In this document: positions 26,029-38,714 of the stretch, piece after piece
How the letters are laid out: each line of letters opens with the position of its first letter
Numbering within the stretch: the first letter of the stretch is position 1
Assembly (NCBI GenBank): GCA_030390025.1
Contig: CM059425.1
Coordinates: 164,798,001-164,862,000, forward strand
Length of the DNA stretch: 64,000 bases
Source of the DNA: Squalus acanthias
Taxonomy: Eukaryota
Direction of reading: 5' to 3'
Program-made: the position numbers and the translations under genes
The notes under the pieces: generated by a model
What the model was told of the DNA's origin: nothing
Seen by the model: only the letters and a program-made list of their open reading frames with translations
Databases searched by the model: none

Positions 26029-26759
26029 GTTTGTATATATTTGCACTAGATTGTTTCTTTTTATGTTGTAATGTTTAATAAAAGTATAATGTGACTATTT
26101 AGCTTTAGAAAATCGATATCAAATTGGTGAACTATCTGTCTGGATAAAAATATATAATAGTTACTACTTATCATGTGAATGCTGATCATGCTCAGTCAGA
26201 ATCCTCTCTCTACCATATTAGCGGAGGCATTAAACTACTAAAAATAAATGATTTAATGTGACCATTCATAGAAAGAACTTGCATTTATCTAGTGCCTTTC
26301 ACAACCTCAGTATGTCCTAAAGGCTTCATAGCCAATTAAATACTTTTGAAGTTTATTCATTCTTGTAATGTAGAGAAATTGCAGAGAGAGCAATTTGATA
26401 TGAGCAAATTAAGCGTTCGCACAATAACATCACCAACAGTAATTTCCACCCTATGGTTAAGATCCTGGTAGTTCAGTACTTTTGAAGTTCTAATATTACT
26501 GCCTCACATCTCCTGTATCACAAATGTTAAATGTGAAGTGATCAGTTACAATCTGAGGCAATAATCTAGTTGTCTAAAGCTATTTAATAAAAGGAAAGTT
26601 ATTTGAGGTAATGTAACAGGAAGAAATACTACTTCATTATCACATCCAGGCATGAAGATGATTTGTACTGTTGCCAGTGAAAATATACTCCACTGAGACT
26701 TGAAACATGGATATAAGATATAAAAGATGCAAAGTTCTAATTACACCTTAACCCGCTTT

Positions 26760-27278
26760 CAGTTAACTGTAGGGGATGAGTTGGATGTAGAACTGGTCGA
26801 GATAGGATGAAGCAAAATTATTGAGGGGTTTGTAAATGAGAACAAGGATTTTGAATTCAGAAACAGAGAGACAGTGAAGACCAGTAAGGACAGTGTTGAT
26901 GGGCGAATGAGACCTAGTGCAGGAAAGGATACAGGCAGCAGAATCTTGGTCAAGTTGGAATTTATATAGGGAGGAGTTCAGGAGACCAGTAAGAAGTCAA
27001 GTTTGAGGTTAAAAAAAACCCTGAATAACTGTTTGAGCCATGGAGGGGTGAAATAGGAGCAAAGGTGGGCAGTGTTATGGAGGTCTAAGTATGCAGTCTT
27101 GGCAATGGATTGGCTATGTGGTTTGAAACTCAGCTCAGTGTCAAACAGCACACTAATGTTGTGTTGTCTGTTTCAGCTTGAGTGAGAAGTTAGGTAAGGG
27201 AATAGAGTCGAGCAAAAGGATACGTAGTTTTTGACAGCAGTCGAATAAGATGACTTCAGTTTTCCGAATATTCAGCTG
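26760..27278 (-). mobile_element. degenerate L2-like LINE fragment
   Basis: Similar by eye to 2620-3030. Confidence 0.5.
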
Positions 27279-28100
27279 GCTCAGTTGGTAGCATCCTCGT
27301 CTCTGAGTCAGAATAGAAACATAGAAAAATAGGAGCAGGAGTAGGCCATTCGGCCCTTCGAGCCTGCTCCGCCATTCAATATGATCATGGCTGATCCTCT
27401 ATCTCAATACCATATTACCGCTCTCTCACCATATCCCTTGATGCCTTTTGTGTCTAGAAATCTATCGATCTCCTTCTTAAATATATTCAGTGACTTCGGC
27501 CTCCACAGCCTTCTGTGGTAGAGAATTCCACAGGTTCACCAACCTCTGAGTGAAGAAATTTATCCTCATCTCAGTCCTAAATGTCCTACCCCGTAACCTG
27601 AGACTGTGACCCCTCATTATAGACCCCCCAGCCAGGGGAAACATCCTCCCTGCATCCAGTCTGTCTAGCCCTGTCAGAATTTGTGGGTTCAACTCCCACT
27701 CCAGGGACTTGAGCACAAAAATCCAGACTGACACTCCAGTACAGTGCTGAGGGAGTGCTGCACTGTCAGAGGTGCTGTCTTTCGAATGAGATGTTAAACC
27801 GAGGCCCCGTCTGCTCTCTCAGGTGGACGTAAAAGATCCCATGGCACTATTTTGAAGAAGAGCAGGGGAGTTATCCCCGGTGTCCTGGCCAATATTTATC
27901 CCTCAATCAACATCACTAAACAGATTATCTGGTCATTATCACATTGCTGTTTGTGGGAGTTTGCTGAGTGCAAATTGGCTGCTGCGTTTCCTACATTACA
28001 ACAGTGACTACACTTCAAAAAAAAAAGTACTTCATTGGCTGTAAAGCGCTTTTGGACATCCGGTGACCATGAAAGGCGCTATATAAATGCAAATCTTTTC
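27279..28100 (+). mobile_element. Deu-domain SINE interrupted by an antisense CR1 3' fragment (27314-27680)
   Basis: GCTCAGTTGGTAGCA..CTCTGAGTCAGAA | CR1 tail to ILTGLDRLDAGRMFP | GTGGGTTCAAC...GCGCTATATAAATGCAAATC. Confidence 0.85.
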
Positions 28101-28104
28101 TTTC

Positions 28105-28540
28105 TGGTTTATTCAAAACTTGATGTCAGACAACACTAACTATTTCGGGATCGTGGGTGGTGGTGGAGAAGTGGAGCTGGATGTCATCAGCATACGTATT
28201 GAAACTGACCCCATGTCTGTGGATAGTGTTTTCAGTGGGTGGCATATAAATGAGGAAAAGGACTGTCCTAAGGATGGACACTTGGGATGCTCTGGAAGTG
28301 ACTGTGCAGGGGTGGGAGGAAAAGCTGTTGCCGGAGATATGCTGACTCTGTTGGGACATGGAGTGGAACCAGTTGAGGGCAGTCCCCCAAAGTTAGATCA
28401 CAGATGAGAGATAGTGGAGTCGGGTGGAGTCATTGACTGTGCTGCTCTTTGTGGAGAGGCTTAAGAAGACAGGGTGGGAAAGCACATAATGTAGTCACAG
28501 AGGATGTCGTCGGTGAATTTGATTAAGGCTGCCTTGACAT
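28105..28540 (-). mobile_element. L2-like RT fragment
   Basis: Minus-strand peptide HGVSFNTYADDIQLH. Confidence 0.65.
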
Positions 28541-28729
28541 GTATCATTAGTTAAAAGATGCTCATCTGGATTGTGTTCCTGGCAATCAATCTGAATGCAG
28601 TATTAGTGGTCTTAAGGTGCTGCTGTATTAGATGGAAGAGTGTCCTTTTTGGCTATAAAATAAAGCCATTTTTTCATCCTGACGTGGGTAAAATACCCAT
28701 TACTGAGTCAATTTGATATGTCTTCATAG

Positions 28730-28939
28730 ATTCCGGAGGCTTCCTTCTTCCTATGCCATGGAACTCATCACCATCTATGTCTGGCAGTTGGCAGGAAAGC
28801 CCATATTTTTCAGTTTTGTCCAAGGACTCCGAGCAGTACTCAAGTTCCTGGTTAATTGCACTGATATTTTTATCATCTGGTGTGATCACTATGATGAAAA
28901 CTTTTATATTGTGAAGAAAGTTCTTCAGAAACAAAGCAG
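28730..28939 (+). CDS. OAS1: OAS1-like coding exon 5 (RFRRLPSSYAMELITIYVWQ...FVQGLRAVL...IIWCDHY)
   Basis: Matches human LPPQYALELLTVYAWE...AQGFRTVL...IYWTKYY; CATAG| acceptor, AG|GTAAAT donor; 210 nt. Confidence 0.93.
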
Positions 28940-30065
28940 GTAAATACCAAGAATAAGTTAACAAAACCCAAGCATGAATTTGCACTGGTCTGAATTGAAC
29001 TCTACACTCATTTAGAAAAAAAAATCCAGATCAGTTGCTCCTTTAAATGAAATAATAGCATGTATGCACAGATACAATTAGTGTCATTGAGTTACTTCTG
29101 TTATGTTATACTTCTCCTCCTCTCAGCATTTAGGTGACCTATGATAAGTTTAGTAAGTCTAGCCCGAGAGGCCTCGTAGGTAAAGACACTGCCCGATATG
29201 ACACTAGGCCATACAGACCAGAGTGTCACAGATTTGATTCCTGGTCTGTGCTGAGTTAGCTGATCAAACAAGGTCAAGGAAACCTCTGGCTGATCACCAC
29301 ATTTCATGTCCCCCCGCCCTGCACCATCTCAATTATTGAACGCCACTTGGAGAAATCACCAAGAGAAGCAAAAGCACAGAATATACTCTGGGTGGAGGGC
29401 TTCAATGTCCATTGCCAAGCGTGGCTTAGTAGTACCACCACTGACTGAGTTGGTCAAGTTGTGAAAGCTGCCAGACTGGGTTTGCATCAGGTGATGAAAG
29501 AACCAACATGAAGCAGTAGCCTGCCTGACCTCATCCACACTAACCTAACTATTGCAGACATGTCTAACCATGAGAGCATTAGTATGAGTGACCACCACAT
29601 TGTGAAGACAAAAGGGATGAATATCTTTGGCCTTGTTTTGTTAGCGGAAGTGCACCGGAGTAGGTGCCAGTGGCCTCCATTTCTAACCTCACCAGAGTAT
29701 CTAGTATCTGAGCGGAGTCACTTAATTTGAATACTGCCAGCAGGCACCCATGGGCGCTTCTTGGGTATTTGCCGTAGGAGGGGAATCGGTCAATAGATGG
29801 CCGATCCAGACAACAGCTTCCAGTATTTCCAGAGACTTAAAGGCCATGTGCCCCTGGTGGTGTAGATGCCCACCATTTGCCAGTAAATTAGGAAACCTTC
29901 CCCTGACCTGAGGAAGTTCACTGATCGGCACTGAAGGTTCCTGGCATAAGTGCCAAGATTGCTGGTCTGAGGACTTTTAGGGCCCATATTTTAATGTTTG
30001 AAATTCCCAATGTTTGAAATTCCCAAGTAAGTGTAAATGATAATATTGTTTGTTTTCAATTCCAG

Positions 30066-30222
30066 ACCTTTTGTTTTGGATCCGGTTAACCCCACTTTCA
30101 ATGTCTGTGAAAATAGCAATGCTTGGGATGAAGTGGCTCACGTGGCTCGTCAAAGTCTTCTGAAGCCTCTTCTCAGTGGTGTGCAAGTAAATGTTCCGTG
30201 GCTCTTCACCAGTAATTGGTGA
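30066..30222 (+). CDS. OAS1: OAS1-like last coding exon (RPFVLDPVNPTFNV...AWDEVAHVA...PWLFTSNW*)
   Basis: Matches human RPVILDPADPTGNL...W..LA; TTCCAG| acceptor; TGA stop; 157 nt. Confidence 0.93.
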
Positions 30223-30738
30223 CATTCGTTTTATTACCTGAGCAGTATACATATCAGAGTATGCCCTAGGTAACTACGAAATACGTTACAAAGGAGAAGG
30301 TGTGGCATTTATGCAAAACTATGTGTAAACTAATATAATAGAGCATTTTACTTAATTCTGATGCCTGTGCGCAAGTGAGGAAGAAGGGACCTGAGCTCCT
30401 GCCTTCTAAGATAGGACTCCGGATCGGTATCATACATGTTGACCTCGCAAATTAGCAAAATCTGATCAATTGTGTCAAAAAAGCTGAAAACCAGAGAATG
30501 TCCCTGATTATAAACCTGTAATGTGTGAAAACAAATAATTTCATGGGCTTTGTACCTTATGCTATAGGGATACATAACATTCCTCCATTTGAAAAACGTA
30601 AGTAAATGAAAGCCTGAAGGACGTAATCCAAATGTTGAAGGCACAAAATTGCTGTCCTGGAAAAAGTTGAGCTTTTACATTAAAAATGAATCATTCTGGT
30701 TAATTTTAAGCATTTGACAGATTTTTAATATTAAAAAA

Positions 30739-30744
30739 AATAAA
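30739..30744 (+). terminator. candidate OAS polyadenylation signal AATAAA
   Basis: AATAAA ~520 nt after the stop and just upstream of a CR1 insertion. Confidence 0.4.
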
Positions 30745-30891
30745 GTTAACATTTGGATTTTCAACAGACCAACTAGACTATTACTTCCCTAAAGATTACC
30801 TTAACATTAGGTCTCAAATCTAACCACCCCCCCCCCCCCCCCCCACCCACCTCCCTCGCTCATACCAGTTCACAGAGGCACAATACCCCAA

Positions 30892-32919
30892 CAAGGGAAA
30901 TTAGGGATAGCATAAGATCCAAGGAGAGGGCATATAAATTGGCCAGAAAAAGGAGTAACCCTGTGGATTGGGAGCAGTTTAAGATTCAACAAAGGAGGAC
31001 AAAGGGATTAATTAAGAAGGGGAAAATAGAATACAAGAGTAAGCTTGCAGGGAACATAAAAACTGACTGTAAAAGCTTTTATAGATATGTGAAGAGAAAA
31101 AGATTAGTGAAATCAAGCATAGGTCCCTTGCAGTCAGAATCAGAGGAAGTTATAATGGGGAACAAAGAAATGTCAGACCAATTAAATACATATTTTGGTT
31201 CTGTCTTCACAAAGGAGGACACAAATAACCTCCCAGAGATGTTGGGGAACATAGGGTCTGATGAAAGGGAGGAACTGAAAGAAATCAGTATTTGTAGGGA
31301 AATGGTGTTAGGGAAATTGAAGGGATTGAAGGCCGATAAATCCCCAGGGCCTGATAATCTACATCCTAGGGTACTTAAGGAAGTGGCCCTAGAAATAGTA
31401 GATGCATTGCTGATCATCTTCCAACATTCGATGGAATCTGGAACAGTACCCATGGATTGGAGAGTAGCTAATGTTACCCCACTATTCAAAAAGGGTGGTA
31501 GAGAGAAAACGAGGAATTACAGTAAGCCTGACATCGGTAGTGGGGAAAATGCTAGAGTCCATTATAAAAGATGTAATAGCTGAGCACTTGAAAAACAGTG
31601 ACAGGATCGGACAAAGTCAACATGGATTTACAAAAGGTAAATCATGCTTGACCATTCTACTGGAATTTTTTGAGGATGTAACTGGTAAAATAGATAAGGG
31701 AGAACCAGTGGATGTGGTGTATTTGGACTTCCAAAAGGCTTTTGATAAGGTCCCGCATAAGAGATTAGCGTGTAAAGTTAAGGCACATGGGATTGGGGGC
31801 AAGGTATTGACTTGGATAGAGAACTGGTTGGCAGACAGAAAGCAAAGAGTTGCAATAAACGTGTCTTTTTCCGAGTGGCAGGCAGTGACTAGTGGGGTAC
31901 CGCAGGGATTGGTCCTTGGACCCCAGCTATTCACAATATATATTAATGATCTAGACAAGGGAACTAGATGTAATATCTCCAAGTTTGCAGACGACACAAA
32001 ACTGGGTGGGCGTGTGTGCTGCGAGGAGGATGCCGAGAAACTCCAGGATGATTTGGACAGGTTGGGTGATTGGGCAGAAGCGTGGCAGATGCAATATAAC
32101 GTGGATAAATGCGAGGTTATCCACTTTGGTGTCAGAAACAGAAAGGCAGATTATTATCTGAATGGCAATAGATTGGGAGAAGGGGAAGTGCAACGAGACC
32201 TGGGTGTCCTTGTGCACCAGTCGCTGAAGGTAAGCATGCAGGTGCAACAGGCGGTTAAGAAGGCAAATGGTATGTTGGCCTTCATAGCGAGAGGGTTTGA
32301 GTACAGGAACAAGGATGTCTTGCTGCAGTTGTACAGGGCCTTGGTGAGACCACACCTTGAGTACTGTGTGCAGTTTTGGTCGCCTTATCTGAGGAAGGAT
32401 GTTCTTGCCATGGAAGGAGTTCAGCGAAGATTCACAAGGCTGATACCTGGGATGGCAGGAATGACGTATGAAGAGAGATTGTGTCGATTGGGCTTATACT
32501 CGCTGGAGTTTAGAAGAATGAGAGGGGATCTCATTGAAACTTATAAAATTCTGACAGGACAGGACAAACTAGATGCAGGAAGGATGTTCCCGATGTTCAG
32601 GGAGTCCAGAACCAGGGGTCACAGTCTAAGGATAAGGGGTAAGCCATTTAGGACAGAAATGAGGAGGAATTTCTTCACCCAGAGAGTGGTGAACCTGTGG
32701 AATTCTCTGCCACAGAAGGCAGTAGAGGCCAATTCATTAAATAGATTCAAGAAGGAGTTGGATATATTTCTTAAGGCTAAAGGGATCAAGGGATATGGGG
32801 AGAAAGCAGGGACAGGGTACTGAATTTGGATGATCAGCCATGATCGCATTGAATGGCGGAGCAGGCTAGAGGGGCCGAATGGCCTACTCCTGCTCCTATC
32901 TTCTATGATTCTATGATTC
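30892..32919 (+). mobile_element. young CR1 LINE, 5'-truncated (RT + 3' UTR)
   Basis: Near-identical to 15155-17182; 450-aa RT ORF 31471-32823 with one upstream frameshift; (TTCTATGA)n tail. Confidence 0.95.
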
Positions 32920-33169
32920 ATTCAACTCTCCATCCTTCATGGAGACACACTCGTCCTCCAAATCATACTGGCACTCTTCTCCCTCTCCTCCTCAATTCAA
33001 TCTAGCACTCCTCTCCCTCTCCCCCTCCCCCAATTCAACCTGCACTCTTACACCCTCTCACCCTGTTCAAACTTGCAGTATTCTTCCCTCCCCCAACTTC
33101 AAGCTGGCACTCATTTCCTCCTCCTCCAGCCCCACCACTTGAGGCTGGAACTCACTTCCATCTATTCCA

Positions 33170-33425
33170 ACAACAACTTACATTTGCATCGAGCCTTTAA
33201 CGTAGAAAAGCATCCCATAGTGAATGAATGCCAACCCAAGAAGGAGATATTAGAAGGGGTACCAAAAGCTTGGCTAAAGAGGTAGATTTTAAGGTGGGTC
33301 TTAAAACAGGAGAGAGAAATTGAGGGCTTCAGGCAGAGAATTCCAAAGCATGGGGCCTAGGCATCTCAAGGCACAGCTGCCAACGGTGGGGCGAAAGGAA
33401 CAGGGGATGCCCAAGGCTAGAGAGT
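33170..33425 (-). mobile_element. L2-like 3' fragment
   Basis: CAACAACAACTTACATTT tail in antisense; minus peptide PMLWNSLPEAL. Confidence 0.55.
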
Positions 33426-33779
33426 AAGATTTTGCTGGGGACAAAGGCATCAAAGGTGGAGGAGAGAGCGTGGTTGAGCCAATCAACAGATGCAGAAGTA
33501 TCATGGTGAATGGAAGGTCAAAGGTTAAGCAATTGGGAGTTTGAAGAGTGTTTTTCTGGGGTGGAGATGGGATTCTAAGGGGATAGAGGGATGTGGGTGA
33601 TGAGGGATACAAGGAAGTTGTCGGAGATGGCCTTGTCTGTGATCAAAACCATGGAAATAGAGAGGCCAAGAGGAAAGAGAGAGAGAGAGGGACAGTTGTA
33701 ATGGGCTTGGGTCCAGAGCTGAAGCCAAATGTTCAGATTTTTGATTTATTTCACAAATGCATTTTGGCTCAGCTGAAAA

Positions 33780-34047
33780 AATCTGGAAATAAAAAGCTGG
33801 CTTCAGTAAAACTGGCCATGAAGCTGTCGGACTGGATTACTAATGACCTTTAGAGAGGGAAACCTGCCATCCTTACCCGGTCTGGCCTATATGTCACTTC
33901 AGTCCCTCACTAACATGTGGCCCAGCAATCTAGTGGCCTAGTATCAAACTGCTATCTGCAGTGGTTCAAGAAGAAGGCTGAAGGGATGGGCAATAAATGC
34001 CAGCCTTGCCATCAATGCCTATATCCCGAGAATGAATATAAAAAAGA
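33780..34047 (+). mobile_element. short bipartite derivative (5' UTR + 3' end) of the tRNA-headed LINE
   Basis: 5' UTR motifs (ATCTGGAAATAAAAAGCTGG, CCCGGTCTGGCCTATATG) joined directly to the 3' end (CTGCAGTGGTTCAAGAAG..GGGCAATAAATGC..GAATGAATATAAAAAA). Confidence 0.7.
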
Positions 34048-34641
34048 AACATTTCAAATTTTCTATAGTTGTGTGTGCTGCTCAAATTCTACTTAATGAT
34101 TGTCACCTTTAGAAACTCACAAATATTTTTAAATTAAAATTGTTTTTTGCTCAGCAGGGTGTCTGACATGTGCACAAAGCCATCACCATGTTTAAGAGTC
34201 TCCAAAGCAAATGACAAAGAAATCTGCAGCTGTAGTATTTCTGCCTTCCTAATACAGCGTACACACTTCCCCCCTATAGGTACATAACCCACTTAGCTAA
34301 GGCTGGAGAACTTGGGTGTAGGTTGGCAGAGCCACAACTTAGGGACAGGGGTACTTTTGGAGTTTAGCCAACTAAAACCACGCAAAACAGACCACTAGTA
34401 AGCACTGCTCTGCTTGTCCAGCTTGGACCACCCGACCTGTACAGCAGTGACTTACAAGGTTATCAGGAGTGAAGTGGGAAGAATCCCAGCCTCAAGTAAC
34501 AGGTTTACCTTCCAGGTTCCATTAGTGAGCCAGATTAGCTGGTCAATCATTAACAATGCACTGGAGAACTGCAGAAGTGCCTGGTTCAGATTATCGAGTC
34601 TGCCACAGAGAGTTGACTTGGTTTCAAATTTCCAAGACTAA

Positions 34642-35567
34642 GGGGGAGTAATTCAGTTGGTTAGCACCTCCCATTAGCGCCTGGCGGGGGCGCTAACGGG
34701 GCGCTGATACAGTAGCACCGGAGCGAGGCAAATCCAGCGCCGAATGCCAAATCCGCCCCCCCGCCCACCCCTCGTCGCACTGCCGCTAACAGTTACCGCC
34801 GGGGACTTCAACGCCAGACAGATCGTGACATCAGTGAGCTGGGCGCCCGATCTGCCAAATTCATTTTCGCCCCCTGCCTTAGCGCCAAACTGCCACACTT
34901 GGTTACATTAATGGGGGCTGTACTGGCAGTCGACCTTGCCCACCAGGATCTACTGCAGAGGGAGTGGAGGCAGCGAGAAAGACTGGAACATGTGGCCAGA
35001 GGGAGGAGGAGGGCCATCAGGGCGCTCAACAGGAGGCCATACCCTCCGAGAGTATCCCAACAGCACTTCTCCTACCTTCAATGAAGCGAGGAGCAGTGTA
35101 TTAGATGGCTCCGCATCACCAAGGTGGTGGTCACAGAACTCTGCCACCTCCTCCAAACAGACCTCCAGCCTCACACCAGGATGACTTAAACCCCAGATCC
35201 CTTTTGGTCACCACATGCCCATCATGCCATCCCTCTGTCATGCCATATCACAGCGTCCTCCTGGGTGCAAAGTTGAAATGAGAGAGACCACAAAATATTG
35301 CAAACTCCAGGAATAAATTTATGCATAAACATATCACACATATCTGTGGTGATGATGACTTGAGATTAGACTGCACCTGCCATTGGTCAGCGCTTTGAGT
35401 TTAATGCCACTGAGCTAGGCCATTAGCGCTTGATTTAGCGCTCCAATCCTTTCTTTGTGCAATGAGACTGAATTTTGCGTGTAGTCTGAATCATTAGCGC
35501 CTGGCACTAAATCTCAAACTTTTCTAAAGTTAGCGCCGATTCCTGGGCTATAATGGATTTCTCCCCC
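34642..35567. mobile_element. internally deleted Harbinger element, same family as 5695-9448 (opposite orientation)
   Basis: TIRs GGGGGAGTAATTC...GGATTTCTCCCCC; flanks TAA/TAG; transposase N-terminal remnant ~34911-35180. Confidence 0.8.
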
Positions 35568-36329
35568 TAGGTGTGTTACCTTGGAGTCTCCTCAACTCTC
35601 AACAATGTTAAACAATATAATTGGAAAGTAAAAGATGCTGCAGACTATTCACAATTACATGATCGATTGCCGTACCTCTCTAAATTCCGTGCCAATGCCA
35701 CATAATTGGTGAGTCTCAGAAAGGAAGCACAAATCATCACTGCCAGAGGGATTTGCAGCACCTATTCTACACATTCTGAGTAAGGCTTTCAGAGATATAC
35801 CTACAGTCTTGAGGATCCTCTGGGGCTCAGCACAATGCAACTTCTGAGGAATATATACTGACCACACAAGCCAATGTAAAGATCCCTTAAAGTATCTTTT
35901 TCCAGACCAGGACACCTAAACAAACCTCAACTCAACTGTAGGTAGGTCCTGATTAATGATCAGGTCCACACTTAGGGCCTCATTTGTATCTGGGCCCGTA
36001 GGCCCTTCAACTATGTAGTAACCACAGAACCTTAGACAATGGTCATTGACCATTCCACATATTTCCTGCAAGACAAGGACACAACCCCATTCCTGGGAAA
36101 GGAAAAGTCCAATCTCTAGGTTCCTACCACCTAAGGAGTTGCTAATCCAGGCAGCAAAACAGAGGCCAGACCTTTGAGGAGAGTCCTTATGCTCCTGTGA
36201 TGGAGTGACCACTGAGAATGTTGACTGATACAGTGCTCAGATAAATGCATGTATCACCCATGCTCATGACGAATAGCCTTAGTACTTTGGCAAATTGGGT
36301 TGCCTGAGCTGGATTTTTTCACTCGTAAT

Positions 36330-37035
36330 GGCCCCAATATTTACGGGGAGGTGGTTGGGGGCGGCAGGGTTGTAACGGCCAGGAAACCCAGAAATGCAGG
36401 TAACGCGGAGGTCCTATTGAATTTAACGGCAGGACCTCATTTGAATTTTTTTCTTTGTTTCCCAGCTGGCAGCCTAACAGATTAGAAGGCTGTTGGGCGG
36501 GAAGGCCTGCACTACAAGGCTGCAGCCGGGGAGTGGAGAGGAGGGAGGGAGGGAGAGATTGTGAGGGGTGGAGGGGAAAGACATTGCGGGAGGGAGGGGG
36601 AGAGCGTGGGGAATTTGGAGATAATGAGTCGATTGCGACAGGCTATCTTGGGAGGCCGGGGGAAAGCACTCCTGCTCCTCCTGGCCCACAAGCAGTGATG
36701 AAAAAGCACTTGCCCACTGCATCCGGCCATTCTCGCCTCCCTTCAGCTGCCGAGTTTCCCAAACCCTGGGAAACCTGCCCCGCAGCCACGAAATATAAAG
36801 GTCTATTAAAACCTGTGGCACACAGCCTTGATTAGCATATTTAAATTACTGGCCTGCCTCCCGAGAGCGGATTACTCGGCTGCCCGCCCCCCCCCACCAC
36901 CCCCAACAAGCCGCCCCAGTTAAACCGGAAGTAGGCACATTGGGATCGGCTTTCAGGTTTTTCAGAAGTTAACCACCTCCCTCCCCCCCCGCCCCTGACC
37001 CTATCACACCCGTCCTGGGGGTTTAAAATTCTCCC
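36330..37035. mobile_element. Harbinger-like GC-rich MITE
   Basis: GGCCCCAATATTTAC...TTTAAAATTCTCCC imperfect termini; no coding capacity. Confidence 0.45.
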
Positions 37036-37077
37036 AATTTTTCTGTAATGCTAGATTCAGCACTTTTTCTCAAAAAG

Positions 37078-37476
37078 AAGGAAAGACTTGCATTTATATA
37101 GCACCTTTCACAACCTCAGGACGTCCCAAAATGCTTTACAGCCAATGAAGTACTTTTGAAGTGTAGTCACTGCTGTAATGTAGGACATGCAGCAGCCAAT
37201 TTGTGCACAGCAAGCTCCCACAAACAGCAATGTGATAATGACCAGATAATCTGTTTTAGTGATGTTTATTGCGTGATAAATACTGGCCGGGACACCGGGG
37301 AAAACTCCCCTGCACGGCTTCAAAATAGTGCCACGGGATCGATTACATCCACCTGAGAAGTTTAACATCTCATCTGAAAGACGGCACCTCCGGCAGTGCA
37401 GCACTCCCTCAGCACTGCACTGGAGTGTCAACCAAGATATTTGTGCTCAAGTCTCTGGAGTGGGACTTGAACCCAC

Positions 37477-37507
<31 letters not shown>

Positions 37508-37527
37508 AACGGAGCCACAGCTGACAC
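37078..37527 (-). mobile_element. full-length Deu-domain SINE
   Basis: Reverse complement of the SINE at 27279-28100 with intact A/B-box head. Confidence 0.85.
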
Positions 37528-38714
37528 TCAACAATAAGCCAGCATCCTGAAAGTTTGTTCAGGCTCATAATGGGGAGGTACAGTCTCAAACATTTTATGT
37601 TATTGTGAATAGATCAGTACTTAACGATACCTGAGTGTCTACATAATGTTCCATTCCATTCACACAGCTAATCAGTGCTGGAGAGCATCCTGTTCACATA
37701 TCAATGAGTAGGCATTTACCCTCACTGATGGACTTAGACCCCATCTCATCAGTTTAACGTTCGAGGTTTAAGAGAGCTTTCACTTTCTCTCCCTCAGACG
37801 CAGAGTGGCCTGTGTTTTTGCAGCAGCAACAAGAAGCTGTCTGTCTTTGAAAAGCCTGAAACAGCACAAGCTTTGCAGTAGAAATGTGCTTGTGCCCAAT
37901 TATTACTAATGCGGAGTGTGTCTACTCCTTGTAGGTATGCCTCTGGTGGTTACTGTACACGTCTATAACGAAAATATATACATAATTTCAAAACTGGAAT
38001 GGCATTTTAGTGCTGAAAGGGAAATAGGGCTCAACTTCAGATCTTCTGCAGATAATTGAAACCAAACATTTCAGGTTTCCAGTCACCTATCTTCAGCTTC
38101 ATTGAGCCCACATAATTGACCACTCTTAAAGTTCGGCTATTACTCACCTGAATGCCATCAAAGCCAACTTCTGAATTCTTATTCCTAAAAGGGAGCTTAT
38201 AATGGAACTTCACACAAACTTCCTTGGTAAATTTGATATCTTTTAACATTTCCATTGCAAAATCAATGTTAACGACACAATTTATGTCCCACTAACTCGA
38301 CCACCCAGATATCCAGGAGGTTGGCTGCTTTTTTAAAAATTCCAAGCCCCATTTTTAGTTCCTCCAAATCAACTGTCTGCCAAAAACTTGCCGTTTCTAG
38401 AAGATTAAATTTCCATGGTTTCGTGATTTAAAATTCTGTCAGCAGGAAAATTGAATTTATAAGCCAGCAGCTCTGCTGAGATCAGCACAGTGAAAGCTGC
38501 TGACGGGGATCATTGGAGTCATGGGCTGTGAGCTGTGACCCAGCAGATTGGTTGTGAATGATCTTGCTGGCGAGCACTGCAATAGCTGATCCATCAGCTG
38601 ATTCTCAGCTCACAGACAAATAAGGCAAACACAGTGATTGAACACCGAAAATATCTTCTGAATACACACTGGGATCTTAAAATTACACTGTGAGATAGTA
38701 TTAACTTAGTATTA

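Noticed and set aside
30186..30192. CAA|GTAAAT as an alternative donor giving a CaaX or ubiquitin-like OAS tail
   Set aside because: No downstream exon of that kind could be recognised
38037..38255. 72-aa minus ORF with an internal CAG|GTGAGT donor
   Set aside because: No recognisable homology or partner exons
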